Origin: Elsinoe ampelina
Taxonomy: Eukaryota
Assembly (NCBI GenBank): GCA_010093995.1
Contig: ML992505.1
Location: forward strand, 1,195,147-1,259,146
Direction: 5' to 3'
DNA: 64,000 nucleotides
Shown here: piece by piece, positions 34,719-47,705 of the stretch
How the letters are laid out: the number at the start of each line of letters is the position of its first letter
How positions within the stretch are numbered: position 1 is the stretch's first letter
Program-made: the position numbers and the translations under genes
Notes under the pieces: model-generated
Seen by the model: only the letters and a program-made list of their open reading frames with translations
Database searches by the model: none
Told to the model about the DNA's origin: nothing

Positions 34719-35154
34719 TACCCACACCCACACCTATTTTGCAACCAAGCCAAAAAGGCATAACGACATGACGACCACCAATTCTGTTCTAATTCTGATT
34801 CTATATGGGCACATATTCACCACCTACATTTCCACGTCCGACACCAAATCGGATCCTTTTGTACCCGGCACATACCGACGAGCAGAAAAAAGCATGCATT
34901 AGCGAGCAGCGATCGCTGGATTATTTTTCGAATGGAACTTTTGAATGGAGGAGTATTGTATACCTAGTACACGCGAGTCCTACACAGGAGGCGGGGGTTA
35001 TTGTCGTTCTTTTCTTGGCGACTGGGAGGATGTTTGTTTCGCTTGGGACGAAAAAAAGTGTAACAAAGCTGAAGGGAGGATTTGATGTTGTTTTGCAGAG
35101 AGCGGAGCGGAGGACAGTGTCGGAGAGCAATGGAAGCAGGGAAGGGCGTCAGGA

Positions 35155-35190
35155 TGGGAAGGGAAGGGATGGGATGGGATGGGATGGGAA
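35155..35190. repeat. (GGGAT/GGGAA)n pentanucleotide microsatellite
   Basis: gggaagggaagggatgggatgggatgggatgggaa. Confidence 0.9.
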
Positions 35191-35310
35191 ACGCAGAGTG
35201 TAAATACTGTAATCACAAAGAATGCAAGATGTGAGTGTCCTGTACAGAGTCTCAATGTTCGCATTTGATCTTGCCTTTTGCTGCCGTGCCGTCTAGGATT
35301 CATGCCAACC

Positions 35311-35320
35311 NNNNNNNNNN
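35311..35320. other. Assembly gap (N run)
   Basis: 10 N. Confidence 1.
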
Positions 35321-35452
35321 CTTCCCTTTCCTCACGACCTTTCTCAATCAACCCCCCTCGACCAAAACCCTCTCCCTGCACCCCCTTCACGACACTCCCC
35401 CACTCTGCGTCTCACACAGTCCATCACATAGCCACGTCCCCAAATCCACAAA

Positions 35453-35483
35453 GCACGACGACACGACGACACGACGACACGAC
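35453..35483. repeat. (ACACGACG)n short tandem repeat
   Basis: cacgacgacacgacgacacgacgacacgac. Confidence 0.85.
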
Positions 35484-35871
35484 TCGGACATTTTCCATAA
35501 ATTCAAATGCTATCTGGGGGATATGATATAACGGTACGATATACGAAGAGGTATCGACACGCTGTACTGTAGATGGGCTGCAACAAAGACGACGGATGGG
35601 TGGAAAAGCAAATCGTGACGGGCAAAGGAAAAATCTGCGGGTTGCTGATGGTGGTGGCGTGGGTGACGTTGACATATCGTGGGGCTCTGAGACGCGTGAC
35701 CCCCTCTCCTTCTACTCTCTTATAAACTCCTCTGCGTGTTGTGCCCTCGGGGTGTGATGGGCCATCTGCTCTTCATCTCCATGGGATCCGCTGGCGGCGC
35801 AATCTCGTCGTCTGCAAGGGCGGAATGCTCTCCGGGGCAGCCACGTGTCGTGGCAGGAAGGGGGACAAAGA

Positions 35872-38800
35872 TCATAGCTCGTCCTTGACCCTGTCCACGA
35901 CACTTTGGACTGTCTCTTTGACAGCTTCCGTACCCTGAGCGGCCGTCTTGCTGGCCTGCTCGGCGTACTCCTCCACCTGCCTGCGAGCCGTCTCGATCAT
36001 CGCTTCGAGTCTCTTGGCGGCGCTGGTCCGGACATCTTCCTTCTCCTTGCCGAACAAGGCCTCACTGGCTTGTGCAGCGGCAAAGCTGACCTGACTGGCT
36101 ACATTGCTGGCTTGGCTGGCGACACTGTCCGTGAAGGGAACAGGTGTGGGCTCCCCAAACAGAGCAGTGTAGATCTTGTTGTTGGCTTCTTCAGCATGGG
36201 CGATGAAGCTCACTTGGGCCTGCTTGGCTGCGTCGAGACCGATGACAAAGGCGTCACTGATGGTCTCGCTGACTTGTGCGGCTGCGCTCGAGACGGCGGA
36301 GCTGGCAGCACTGGTCGCGCTCTCCACAGTGCCTGTTGGGGTGCCATAGAGACTGACACTGGCTGCTGAGACAGCAGCATCGATGCTGCGCTGAACGTCG
36401 CTGAGGTATTCTTCAATTGCAGGTGGAGTAGTAAAGACGCTTGCGACAGCCGATGTAGCTTGATCTGCAAGGGAAGAGACGCTTGACGCAACGTTGGCGG
36501 CGCCAGTGTAGTAGGCTGAGCTGAGCTGCGCAAATATCTTGTCGGTGTAGTCTGGCTCTTGTCCAGAGACGAGAGACGCAAAGAGGGCGCTGACAGCAGA
36601 ATACTGATCGGCGACTGCAGAGGTAGCCTGTGCAGCTGCGCTCGTGATTTGTGCCGTGACGCTCGCGTAGACAGGCGATGGCTTTCCATAAACTTGCTCT
36701 GAAGCCCTGCTAACGATTGCTTCCCAGTTCTCAACAGCCTGTGTTTGGACACTGTCGCTCCAGCCTTTCTCAGTCCCGTAAATCATCTCGCTGAATCGGG
36801 AGGAAGCAGAGGCTATCTCACCAGTCTGTGTACCGTAGATGGCAGTACGAGCGTAATTCGAGATACGCTGGACAGCATCGTCAGCACCCTGGATGACCGC
36901 GTCGTAGGATGCCCAAGCAGCATCTGTCGCAGAGGCGAACGCAGGGTTAGAGGTAGTCGAGTAGCCAGCAGCAGACAGTGCCGATGAGTATGCAGATTGG
37001 AACATCTCTGAGGCAGAAGCTTGAATGTCAGAGTGACGAGATTGTGCCTTTTGCATGTAGTTGATGTATGCAGGTGTCTGGCGGGCATACAGAAGTTTTG
37101 ACGCCGCTGACAAGGCGGAATCATACTGAGAAGATGCTGCGTCCAGCACGCTCTGTGCTGGAGAGGTTGATGTTGCGCCTGCAACTGAAGAGGCCGAGGC
37201 CAATGCATCCGATAGCACAGAAGCGGCAGATGATGAAGCCTCGTTGTACTTGACCTTTGCGGTTGACAAGAACTGCTCATAGTAGGGCGTCGGAGCTGGT
37301 GTGACGAATGGCAGACCAGCAGATTGTAGTGCGCGGGTTGCATATCGAAGATAGGACGAATACTGATCGTGGGCAAATCCTAGTCCTTCGTAGTATTGAC
37401 GTTGAGCTTCGTTGACAGCGCTCTGGTAGCCTGGGGTTGGCTCATATCCTGCCGCAGAAGTGGCTTCGCTGTACTTTGCAGAAACTTGCTTGAGCGCTTT
37501 CGCTAGGTTCTCGGAAGCGACAGAGGAGATAGACTCGTATGGAGCTTGAGTCGACTGCTGGAATTTCTTGGTCTGTGACATGAGGGCATCATACTTGGAT
37601 TTAGCGCCGTGCAAAGCATCCCAGTAAGAATCATGGACAGATTGCAGCATTTGCTCATGAATCGGCTTGGGAGTCCCAGAAATCTGCTCAGAAATGCGAG
37701 ATGCTGCCGCGGCAGAGACTGCTTGTACCTGAGCGATATTATCTTGCCACTTATCGTATGCAGAGTCTGTGAACGCATCGATTTGTGACTGCACCTTCGC
37801 GGCCAACTCGAAGCCGGTCGGTGTAGGAGTCGGCGTGAAAGAAGCGGCAACACGAGAGGCACTAGATTACGTTAGCATCTTGATAGCAAAAGGTTTCGAG
37901 TCGTCGAACATACGCTTTGACTGCATCGTCATACTTTGCGCTCAAGTACTCCCCAATCCCACCATCGGTCGGTGCTGGTCCGTACAACGCCGAACTTGCA
38001 GCTTTGTAGGCCGACTCCCACAATTCAGAAGCTACAGAAGTCGCTGTACCTGCGACATTTGATTCAGTCTTGCCATAGATAGCTTCACTAGCTGCCTTGG
38101 TGATGCGGTCGGCTTGCTTTGACGCACTATCGAGCTTGTCATAAATCGTGTCCAGTGTGGACTCATCATCGTCAAGTGGAGTGTCAAAGATCGGCTGTTG
38201 CGACGGGACGGCTTGAGCCATGGCACCAGCGAAAACGCTCCTCGTCGCTTTTGATGCAGTGCCCTTGATGTCATCAACCTTTGGGACGCTGTCGCTGATA
38301 GCAGATGAGACTCCAGACGCTGCTGAGGAAGCGCTCGAAGACAAGTCGCTAGCTGCCTCACTCACAGCAGAGAGAGGGGAGGCGTTGGCCACGCTGGACG
38401 AGAAGCTTGAGGCGGACTTGCTCGCTTTTGACAAGGGGGACTTCGAGGTTGATCCGCCTGCCGCAGCAACGATCGCTTCAGAAGCGGCCGATGCTTGGGA
38501 TTTGGCCGTCTTACTAGCTTCGGATGGCATCTCGTTCAGCTCCTTCGAAGCTCGAGCAAGCATGTCAGAAGCAGCTGCGGACAAGCTGGAAGCGGTCTCT
38601 TTGATGACGGAACCATCACCAGAAAAGACCTTTGAACTGGCAGATACGACGGATTTCGAAGCTTCGGATGCCAGCCCTTCTGCTCCGCTCGACCGTCCGT
38701 CAAAGTACTGTTCAGAGAGCGAGGAGGCGGAGCTGGCTGCGGATCGGATCGACGAATCCATAATAGAATTCGAGATCGACGACGCCGATGCAAAGACAGA

Positions 38801-40773
38801 ATTGGACGATCCTATCACAGCTTCAGACGCAGCATCAACAGCAGCTGATGCCTTTGATGCTGCAGCTGAAGTCACAGACTCGATGGTGCCTTGTGAGGTG
38901 CCCAGTACAGCTTCGCTAGCAGCACTTGCAGCATCCACAACCTGATCCTTGACCTTGGCTACGATGGGAGGGACGACCTTGGATGTGAAGTCATCAGATT
39001 CGTCCTTTGCGCGTAGCTTCCATAATGCGACGCTCTTCAGACGACCGAGCTCTTTGGCAGCGTCTTCGGCGACGGCCATGGCACGTTCTTCAATGTCTGC
39101 AGCGGCAGCTCTGGTGGTTGAAAGACCATCGTGCTTGGTGACGATTTCGGCGATAGAACCGCGCCATTTCCCGGAGGTTCTTTTGAGCTGATTGTATCGT
39201 GCCCAATCACGGTGGGTGATGGCACTGTGGGAAGCCCAGCGTCGACCAATCTCTTGCAGGCGCAGTTCTCTGATGTTGTCGATCGTTTCCAGGGTAGAGT
39301 TGGCGGCAGCTTCGATCAGATTGGTCGTTTCGGTGTCGAACTTCTTCCTCCATTCTCTAATCTGCTGCGCCTTTTCACGGACCTGCTTGCCAGAAGAACG
39401 AATTTGTGACTCAATATCCTTTGAAGCAAGCTGCACATCCTCCTCGGAGTAATCTTCGGGTAGTCCTGCTGCCGCAGACTTGATCGCCTTCTGGATAGAC
39501 TTGGCTCCACTTGCCTGAACCTCTTCGAGCTGTATGACCAATGATTCGCCGACGTTTTTGACCTGGGCGTTATTCCGCTCCTTAGTGATCTCCGCTACAC
39601 GATCTTTGAGATGCTCTGCGCCCTCGGAAACAGCTCGAGAAACCTGTTCCTCCCATAGGTCAAGATCAGCAGCGAATTGCTCGCCGGCATTCTTCTCTGG
39701 TTCAGGAGAAGCAGACGGTGTCGATGATGGTGCTACGACTGATGATGAAACTGGTGTAGTTGATGCGACCGAACTGGAGGTCTTGATCGACTTGGACGAG
39801 GATGAGCTGCTCTCGGAAGCGGAGCTGGCGGCTGAACTGATGACTGCTTCAACCTTCTTCTCGTCGCGATATCGCCCCAGTCTCTGCTTGATACGCATGA
39901 TCTGCGGCTCAACATTTTCGCCATAGAGTACTTTGAAAGTTGGCAAGACGTGTCGATTCAGTGCTGTCCATACCACGCCATTTGCCCACTGAGTATACGG
40001 GAGGGCGACATTGAGGAAGAACTTCTCCCCTTTCCGATAACCGCTTTGCACGTATGGTGAAGCGAACTTGTAAGCTGGTTGGATCTCCCATTCCCACAAG
40101 TCGCTGGCAGATGTTGTCACGCTTGTATAGTAGGGGCGAACAGCCTTCTCGGCTTTCTTAACGTAAGGACCTAGGGTCGCATCATACTGCTTGAGAGCTT
40201 GCTGTTGGGCATTTGATAGTTGGGGAAGCACGTTATTGTCCCACTGTTTCTGGCCAAACTTTTGAGCTGACTCCACGCGGGGTGCTCCATACTTGACGTA
40301 GTTGGCTTGGGCGAAGGTGGACGCTGGCTGGATGAACTTTGATTGTGCTTGGTCGATATACGGTTGCACTTTCTGGAGATGGGGCTCAACATGGGTTTGG
40401 TAGTATGGTTGTACGTATGGTGTCGCAAAGTCGTGGACCTGGAGGTAGGGTTTGCAGAGCTTGGGCGACTTGTCCGTAAGCTGTGAAGACTCTTTGGGAC
40501 ATCGAAGGATGATCGTGGCTATCGTGTACCATACAGATATCCTGGGTAGTGTCAGCGTTCCCGACTTCTCAAAGACCATGGTGTAATATACCTCAATACT
40601 TGTGAGAGGACCCAACCAAAGAATCCTTGTCTCTTTGCAGCAGGTGAAGGCCTGTAAACCTGTGTACCAGGCTCAGTCTTGATGTGGCCATTGGTCCTGC
40701 CAGGACTCTTGATCTGGCCATTTGTCTGGCCAGGAGACCGCCTCAAAGCATAATCATTCATGCCGGCTGCCAT
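35872..40773 (-). CDS. Large Ser/Ala-rich membrane-anchored protein (She10-like fungal family), 3 exons
   Basis: ORFs of 917 and 644 aa joined by an intron near 37861-37910; first exon MAAGMND...FFGWVLSQVLR; motifs WYTIATIILRCP...CKPYL and YGENVEPQIMRIKQRLGRYR; repeated ASEAIYG/YGT units. Confidence 0.75.
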
Positions 40774-41655
40774 GACTTTTCCAGGGCCGAGGCGTATCGC
40801 CCTGGGATCACGTGGGATGCTCGCGTCAGGTCTGAACTGAGAAAAGCTCATGAAGCTTGGGAGACGGCGTAAAGTGAAGGGGGTCCACAACTGCGAAGGG
40901 GCTCAAAGACAAGCACGCTCGCTGTGATGTAGGAAATAAGAGAAGATAGAGCACCAGATGTCGCCAGACAAGCTCGTGCTCGCAAGCTGCCAAGGTGAAT
41001 CCTTTCGAACTAACAAGCCGAAGCAAGCTTGAGCCTTGAATTGTTCGCGCATGAAAGCTCGACGCGCGACGTCATAAAAAGCACGAGCCACCTCAGACAG
41101 TCTCCAGCTCGCCTACGAAGGCTCAGAGCATTCAACTTTTTGCCCTGCAGCCTGGGAAAAGGCCCTGTTTCATGAGATGGTAGCTGCCCAAGGGTTCTCA
41201 CGTGGTCCGCAAGCAGGAAGGGTAAGCTGGTATAAATATCTATATAGCACATGCAGATCAGATCAGACTTGTGCTTCCAAGATGTGAGGTAAACACAGTG
41301 GTAGCATCCACCGTAACTTAACGTGCGTCCTCCAATCGTCTTCATCTTAACGCCGCTTTCTCCGTCGACAATTGTCTCATCAGATCAGCTTCTCCACGTT
41401 TCGTGACTTCCAGTTCAAGGCACCTCAGTCGCTGAGATCAATTTATATTTTGGCGCCTAACGAACCTAGAGCTGACACTCATCGACACGTTCGACCTACG
41501 ATCTCTTCGCCCGATCATTCGGTATTCTCCAGCGCGGCCCTATTAACACCCGGACTGCGGCCACGCTTTCCTCCTTCATCTTGTCTTCAAAGCGATGCTT
41601 CAATAACACGACCGCCCTCTTGTTTGGTGTAACTTGACACCTGGACATTGTCGAC

Positions 41656-44600
41656 ATGGACGATCACGCGAAGCCTATGCCTGGCGACACAGATGTCATG
41701 AACGATCCCGCATTCGACACAAACACAAGCGCAGCCCAGGGTGACTTTGACAAGGACACATGCCGCATCTGTCGGAGTGAGGGCACTGCTGAAGAGCCTC
41801 TTTTCCATCCCTGCAAATGTAGCGGCAGTATCAAGCATGTCCACCAAGAGTGCCTCATGACCTGGCTATCTCATACCAATAAGAAGCACTGCGAGCTTTG
41901 CAAGACTTCTTTTCGCTTCACCAAGTTATACGATGCGGACATGCCGGACAAGTTGCCTTTTGGGGTGTTTATTTCAAGAGCTTGTCTACACATCTTTAAC
42001 TACTTTCTGACTTGGATGAGGGCAGCCCTGGTCGCTCTCATATGGCTGGTCATCCTCCCGTGGGCAATAAGATGGGCTTGGCGGGGGTTGTTTTACATGA
42101 TGGACGCTGGATGGGCTCGAGAGCCTTGGGTGGCAAGGCTAGCAGCGGAAGCTCATACCCCTGACACTCAGACGGAGACCGCCAACAATATCACCTCCAA
42201 AGCAACACAACCAACAAGTCCGGAATTCTGGTTGGGTCCGTTTTACGGCAACTTCCTTCTCGGCTTGTGGAATGTCGTATCTGGCCCATGGAAAAGCTCA
42301 AAGTCTGCCGCCAGTCTACCACTGGATCCCTTTCTCAATGCTACTGTCAGAGCTGCCACAGCCACACTCCTGTCGGATCTGGACTTTGCACAAACCTTGA
42401 CTGATTCACCTGCAGTCAACAGGGCCGTCCTGGATGTCATGGAAGGGCAGATTATAACAATCGTGGTGGTCGTCGCTTTTATACTCGTATTTCTCATTAG
42501 GGAATGGGTCATCCAACAGCAGCCCATCCTGAACGCGGCAGCCCACGTTAGAGAAGCAGAGCAGCAGCTAGATCGTGTTGAGCGCGCTCGTCAGGAACTT
42601 CGCGACGAGATACGCATAGTGGAAGAGCAACTGGCGCAGCTTACCAACCCGACTTTGGCTCTTGAGGACACTGTGACGTCGGAACAAAATGATGCGACCA
42701 CTGCGACCGCGGATAGGCCTCCCTCTTCCTCTTCCGTGAGTCGACGAGCCAACGCAATGAGTTGGAACGTCTTCAAGCGCATTGTTAATGAGACCACGGA
42801 GACTTGGATATCAATGGATGTGCCACATTCCCCGGAGAGCATCGCTCTGGTACGCAGACTCACCGACGAGGTGGTAGATATCATAGACGGCGTTCAGGAC
42901 GGGCGCTACTCGGATGTGGAAATGTTCAATCGCCTCATAGAGTGGGTGCGAAGAATACCTCCAGATGTAGACACAACGTGGTTGTCCATGCTAGCCAGGG
43001 TCTTTTCGTCGTTGAAGTCGCAGCGTCGAGATGCTTCGAGCTCAGAGCGGGACCATGATGAGCCCTCAGAGGAGATACAGACCCCGTCCTCTTCCAATGG
43101 CGTTCCCACTCCAGAAAGTTGGGAGGATGAGGCAGACGGCGATACGTTGACCGAGGACCAAGCGGCTGCTCCACCATCAAATGACGAGTTACTCCAGACG
43201 CAGCAAATTGACCAACAGTCTGTCTCTGGCCCGTCGACAAACACCGACGAACCTTTGCAAGAACGGACTGTGGAGGATTCAGCAGCGGTACTAGCCTCTC
43301 CCGATAGCACAGCAACGCCAGTTGTCGAGACCCAGACACAACTCCAAGATCCAGATGCTGAGCGCAATGACCCAGGGGTTGGCCCATCATCGCTTCAAGG
43401 AAATGATGAGGATGCTCCACTCGAGGCTCCAGAGGCAGCTTCGTCTTCAGTAAGATCTCCATCCGCAAACTCAACACAATCGAGGAAAATCGAACAGACC
43501 AAGAAAGGAATACTCGATCACATGTACGAGTACTTCTGGGGCGACATCGATACCGAATCATTAGTCGTCGAAACGAATCAAGTCGGCAATGTTGTGCCCG
43601 AGGATGCACAGGTCGTCGAGCTGGTCGACAGGGGTGACCGTCCTGAGCCTCATCGAGACCAAGATTTCCTTCTTGAGCCTGTCGAGCAAGATCCAGAAGT
43701 GCTAGCAGCTGCGGCTGAGGCTGGTTTGGATGCTGAAGCAGTGGAGGATGCGGAAGATCTTGAGGGCGTTCTCGAGCTCATCGGCATGCAGGGCCCCATC
43801 GTTGTCTTGTTCCAGACTGCAGTGTTCTGTGGACTGCTCGTCACCGTCACTTTATGGGGAGCTCTCGGCGCTCCATACTTGTTCGGCAAGCTCGCTCTGC
43901 AGATACTCGGTGATCCTGTCTTGTATGCCATTATTGTTCCTCTGCGGACCATCGCAGGCATCGGCGACTTTGTTCTCGACATGATTATCTTCATCGGTGG
44001 AGCATTTGGTTATGGTTTGTTGACGCTTGCGTACCAAGCTGAGATGGCGATAAGGGGCAATTTCGGACCCGTCTCGACCGACAACCTCGAAATGCTTGAA
44101 AATGCCGTCATCAAGTCCTCCGAGAGAGCTGCGGCATTCCTAACATCAGTCTTCTCGGCTGGAGGTAGCACCGCCGGCACAGACTCTTACTTTCTGCTCG
44201 CTTCTCTGCAGGCTCATCATTCTCTGAACACGATAAAGTATACTCTTAGCGGCACTTTACGGTGGGGTTATGCCGAGGTCAGTACTTTGTTAACGTCGTC
44301 TTTCGCAATGATACTGGGCCGATGCTGGGATTTCGTGCGCTGGGCGTGCAACTGGCTCTATCTTGATATTAATGGCGATAAGGACGCTGTGCTTGGGCTT
44401 CTCCGGCAGATCAAGGATGGCAAGATCTTCTCGCTGACCATTCGCCAAGCCGAGCCTATCGAGCTGGATCCTATCCTTTCATTCTGGAGCGGCACTGATC
44501 GAGCCTTGACCATACTCACCGGGTACGCCTTCTTAGCCGCGATTGGAATCGCTTTCGTCCTCAGACGCGAGCCGTGGTTCACCACACCAGCTCTGCAGAA

Positions 44601-46548
44601 AGTCGAGAAGAGTCTAACAGATGTTCTGAAGCAGGCAGGAGGTGTGATCAAGGTCATCCTGATTATCAGTATTGAGATGCTCATGTTCCCTCTCTACTGC
44701 GGCATGCTCCTCGACATTGCACTCATGCCACTCTTCGAAGGTGTCACACTAGGATCGAGGCTGGAGTATGCTCAGAACAAACCCTATATGTTCGCCTTCC
44801 TTCACTGGTTCCTCGGCACTGCCTACATGTTCAACTTTGCCCTATTCGTCTCCATGTGCAGGCGAATCCTACGCAGCGGTGTGCTTTACTTCATTAGAGA
44901 CCCAGATGATCCAACATTCCACCCGGTACGAGACGTGCTGGAGCGTAGTATCTACACACAGCTTCGCAAAATAGCATTCAGCGGCCTGGTGTACGGTATG
45001 ATGGTCATCATGTGCCTCGGCGGTATTGTGTGGGGCTTCGCAAGTACGAGTCGGCATATCTTTCCGCTACGCTGGTCGACGCCAGACCCGGTGTTGGAGT
45101 TTCCTGCCGAGTTCCTGTTCTACAATTTTCTGAGCCCGTTTGTGCTGAAATATATCCAGCCGTCCAAGGGTCTGGAGTCGGCGTATGAGTGGTGGCTGCG
45201 CAAGTGTGCTCGACGACTCCGTCTGTCACACTTCCTCTTCGGCGAGCGGAAGGAGGATGAAGAACGAGTTATCATGACGCCTACCGAGAAAGGCGAGCAG
45301 GCATACAAGAAAGATGGCGTGTATGTCAGAGTTCCCGCATCTGATCAAGTGCGCGTCCAAAGAGGTCAACCAGTGTTTGTGGCGGTGACGGAGCAAGATG
45401 TCATCAATGGTGAAGCTGAGCAAGAGTGCTCGCTACATGGTCGACCAAATCAGCGGTTCAGGAACGTTTACGTCCCACCATGGTTCCGACTTCGAATAGG
45501 ACTATTCCTAGGCGGTTTATGGATGTTGTGCGCGGCGATCGGCATCACATTCACTGTCTGGCCCCTTCTCCTCGGTCGCGGACTCTGCGCGCTCATGTTC
45601 CCTAGCAATGTCCGCATCAACGACATCTGGGCATATTCGATAGGCTTACATGTCTTCATCCTAGCTACCTTCGTTGGCTTCAGAGGCAAAGCCGTGGTCA
45701 GAGCTGCAGGCAAGAAGATGGGATCAACTTCGGTCCTCGCGAGCAAGACAATACATGGTGTGGCCTGCACTGCGAAGTCTCTCTACGTCTATGGCTTCGT
45801 AGCTGTCCTGATCCCGACCCTCGCTGCTTTCATCATCCACTTTTTCCTGGTCATTCCAACACGTACATATCTCCACTCACTAGTTCCTCCGACTGAGCCA
45901 CCTACCACTTCATTCAATCCGAACAACCTCACGTCCGTCTTCTCCCAGCCATCATCCCTCCTGGAGTCAACGCCAAAACCCAATGGACCACAAGACCTCG
46001 TACCAATGCACAACATCTACCTCATCCCAGACTGGACCCTCGGCCTCGTCCTCTCCCGCTTCTTAACAGCCATCGCCCGCGCCTCATCCTGGCCCCTTCC
46101 CGCCGCTCTCTGGCGCCAACTCACCCGGAACGGCTACCTCAACCCAGACCTCCGCCTCGCCAACCGCGCCATCGTCCTCCCCTCGCTCCTCTTCTCCATC
46201 ACCGCCCTCCTAACACCATTCCTCTTCGCAAGCGGCGTCGTCCACGTCCTCCTGCCCCTGTTCCTGCCCGCGGGCGTGGCGATCGACACGACTGCCCGTG
46301 TAAAGATCTACAGGTACGCGTACCCGGTCGTTCTGGCCCATGTGTTGGCCGTGTGGGGGACGTATGGGGCACGGAAGGGGGTGAGGAAGTGGAAGGAGAG
46401 GATCAAGGATGAGGTTTATCTTGTGGGTGAGAGGTTGCATAATTTTGGGGAGAGGAGGCCGCCGAGGGGGAGTAGGGGGGTGATGAAGAAGGGGAAGGAG
46501 GTGGTTGGGGGGGATGTGGAGGGGGTGGGGGAGGGAGTGAGGGGGTGA
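41656..46548 (+). CDS. DOA10: ERAD E3 ubiquitin ligase Doa10/Ssm4 (MARCH6)
   Basis: N-terminal RING-CH CRICRSE...LFHPCKCSGSIKHVHQECL...CELCK; multiple TM segments; FIRDPDDPTFHPVRDVLE; IKDEVYLVGERLHNF. Confidence 0.95.
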   Translation: MDDHAKPMPGDTDVMNDPAFDTNTSAAQGDFDKDTCRICRSEGTAEEPLFHPCKCSGSIKHVHQECLMTWLSHTNKKHCELCKTSFRFTKLYDADMPDKLPFGVFISRACLHIFNYFLTWMRAALVALIWLVILPWAIRWAWRGLFYMMDAGWAREPWVARLAAEAHTPDTQTETANNITSKATQPTSPEFWLGPFYGNFLLGLWNVVSGPWKSSKSAASLPLDPFLNATVRAATATLLSDLDFAQTLTDSPAVNRAVLDVMEGQIITIVVVVAFILVFLIREWVIQQQPILNAAAHVREAEQQLDRVERARQELRDEIRIVEEQLAQLTNPTLALEDTVTSEQNDATTATADRPPSSSSVSRRANAMSWNVFKRIVNETTETWISMDVPHSPESIALVRRLTDEVVDIIDGVQDGRYSDVEMFNRLIEWVRRIPPDVDTTWLSMLARVFSSLKSQRRDASSSERDHDEPSEEIQTPSSSNGVPTPESWEDEADGDTLTEDQAAAPPSNDELLQTQQIDQQSVSGPSTNTDEPLQERTVEDSAAVLASPDSTATPVVETQTQLQDPDAERNDPGVGPSSLQGNDEDAPLEAPEAASSSVRSPSANSTQSRKIEQTKKGILDHMYEYFWGDIDTESLVVETNQVGNVVPEDAQVVELVDRGDRPEPHRDQDFLLEPVEQDPEVLAAAAEAGLDAEAVEDAEDLEGVLELIGMQGPIVVLFQTAVFCGLLVTVTLWGALGAPYLFGKLALQILGDPVLYAIIVPLRTIAGIGDFVLDMIIFIGGAFGYGLLTLAYQAEMAIRGNFGPVSTDNLEMLENAVIKSSERAAAFLTSVFSAGGSTAGTDSYFLLASLQAHHSLNTIKYTLSGTLRWGYAEVSTLLTSSFAMILGRCWDFVRWACNWLYLDINGDKDAVLGLLRQIKDGKIFSLTIRQAEPIELDPILSFWSGTDRALTILTGYAFLAAIGIAFVLRREPWFTTPALQKVEKSLTDVLKQAGGVIKVILIISIEMLMFPLYCGMLLDIALMPLFEGVTLGSRLEYAQNKPYMFAFLHWFLGTAYMFNFALFVSMCRRILRSGVLYFIRDPDDPTFHPVRDVLERSIYTQLRKIAFSGLVYGMMVIMCLGGIVWGFASTSRHIFPLRWSTPDPVLEFPAEFLFYNFLSPFVLKYIQPSKGLESAYEWWLRKCARRLRLSHFLFGERKEDEERVIMTPTEKGEQAYKKDGVYVRVPASDQVRVQRGQPVFVAVTEQDVINGEAEQECSLHGRPNQRFRNVYVPPWFRLRIGLFLGGLWMLCAAIGITFTVWPLLLGRGLCALMFPSNVRINDIWAYSIGLHVFILATFVGFRGKAVVRAAGKKMGSTSVLASKTIHGVACTAKSLYVYGFVAVLIPTLAAFIIHFFLVIPTRTYLHSLVPPTEPPTTSFNPNNLTSVFSQPSSLLESTPKPNGPQDLVPMHNIYLIPDWTLGLVLSRFLTAIARASSWPLPAALWRQLTRNGYLNPDLRLANRAIVLPSLLFSITALLTPFLFASGVVHVLLPLFLPAGVAIDTTARVKIYRYAYPVVLAHVLAVWGTYGARKGVRKWKERIKDEVYLVGERLHNFGERRPPRGSRGVMKKGKEVVGGDVEGVGEGVRG

Positions 46549-47090
46549 TGGGTGAGAAGGGACTGGAGAGGAGATGAGGGCGAAGGGTGATGGGTTGGGG
46601 GACAGGAGAGAGAATGAATGGTGATGTGATCATGCAAGCATTGATGGAGTTGGTATACCCTCTTTTCTGAATGCCATGGTTAGAAAGTATAGGTTCTTTC
46701 ACTGAGCCTGATTGATGAATGCAATCGCTACAGCACCTGAGATTCTAGTGTATCAAGTGACACTACCGTGATGTGGGTTCGAAGATTTTGATTGCGTTCG
46801 GGCCATGTCCTCGCCCTGGTACCCGTCTCTATGCAATATTGTACAATGTCGACCTCAGTCGACCGTAGCCCTACTCCATACCATCTTTAGCGCCATTGCC
46901 CCTCTGCCGTCTTGCCTTCTCGTCATGTCATTCAATCCCCTCTGAAGATTCGGCCCCCTCTATCTCACCATCAATCCCAGTGGCCCTCCCCTGATATATC
47001 CCCCCTCCTCCCTAGCACCAATCCCTTCCCCTCCCATCGACCCTCCTATCCCCCAATCCCCTTCCCCACCCATCCCTCCTCGCCACCATC

Positions 47091-47705
47091 TCAAAAACCA
47101 GGAGGATTCAACCTCTGACTCACCCTAGTCCACTTGGGCAGCTTATGCACCCCCTTCCTGTACCCCCTCTCGTACCGCGCAAACATCGTATACTTGTCCC
47201 TCGCCACCATCTCCTGCTCGCTCGGCATGTCTGCCTTCCATCGCTCGAGCGCTTTTATCGTGCCGTTCTCCCGCGCCGCGTCGTTGGTCGTGCGGATTGT
47301 GCCGGTGAGACCTTGGTCTGTTTCGGCGGGGTAGGGGGGGAGGAGGGAGCCGCGTTTTGGGCCGCGGCCGGAGCGGAGGAGGGAGGCGGGGGAGGGAGGG
47401 GAGGGGGAGGAGGAGAGGAGGTGTTGGCTTTGGGGTGTGGTTTGGTGGTCGGGGTTGGGTGGTGAGGACGAGGATGAGGATGGGGAGGCGGAGGAGGAGG
47501 AGGAGGAGGTAGGGAGGGAGCTGGACGGGGCCGATTGGGAGAGGGCGTGTTGTCGTTGGAGCGCTGTGTCAAGGACTGTGATGATGTTGTCGACCCGGCG
47601 GAGGCGGCGGCGGTGGCGCAGTTTTCGAGGAGCGGAGAGGCGCCAGGGGATCTTCCAGAGGAGGCCGACGGAGAGGGAGGAGGTGGGTTTGAAGGGGCCG
47701 AACAT
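47091..47705 (-). CDS. MRPL31: Mitochondrial ribosomal protein mL60/YmL31
   Basis: MFGPFKPTSSLSVGLLWKIPWRLS...MPSEQEMVARDKYTMF...YRKGVHKLPKWTRVSQRLNPPGF. Confidence 0.9.
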   Translation of the reverse strand: MFGPFKPTSSLSVGLLWKIPWRLSAPRKLRHRRRLRRVDNIITVLDTALQRQHALSQSAPSSSLPTSSSSSSASPSSSSSSPPNPDHQTTPQSQHLLSSSPSPPSPASLLRSGRGPKRGSLLPPYPAETDQGLTGTIRTTNDAARENGTIKALERWKADMPSEQEMVARDKYTMFARYERGYRKGVHKLPKWTRVSQRLNPPGF

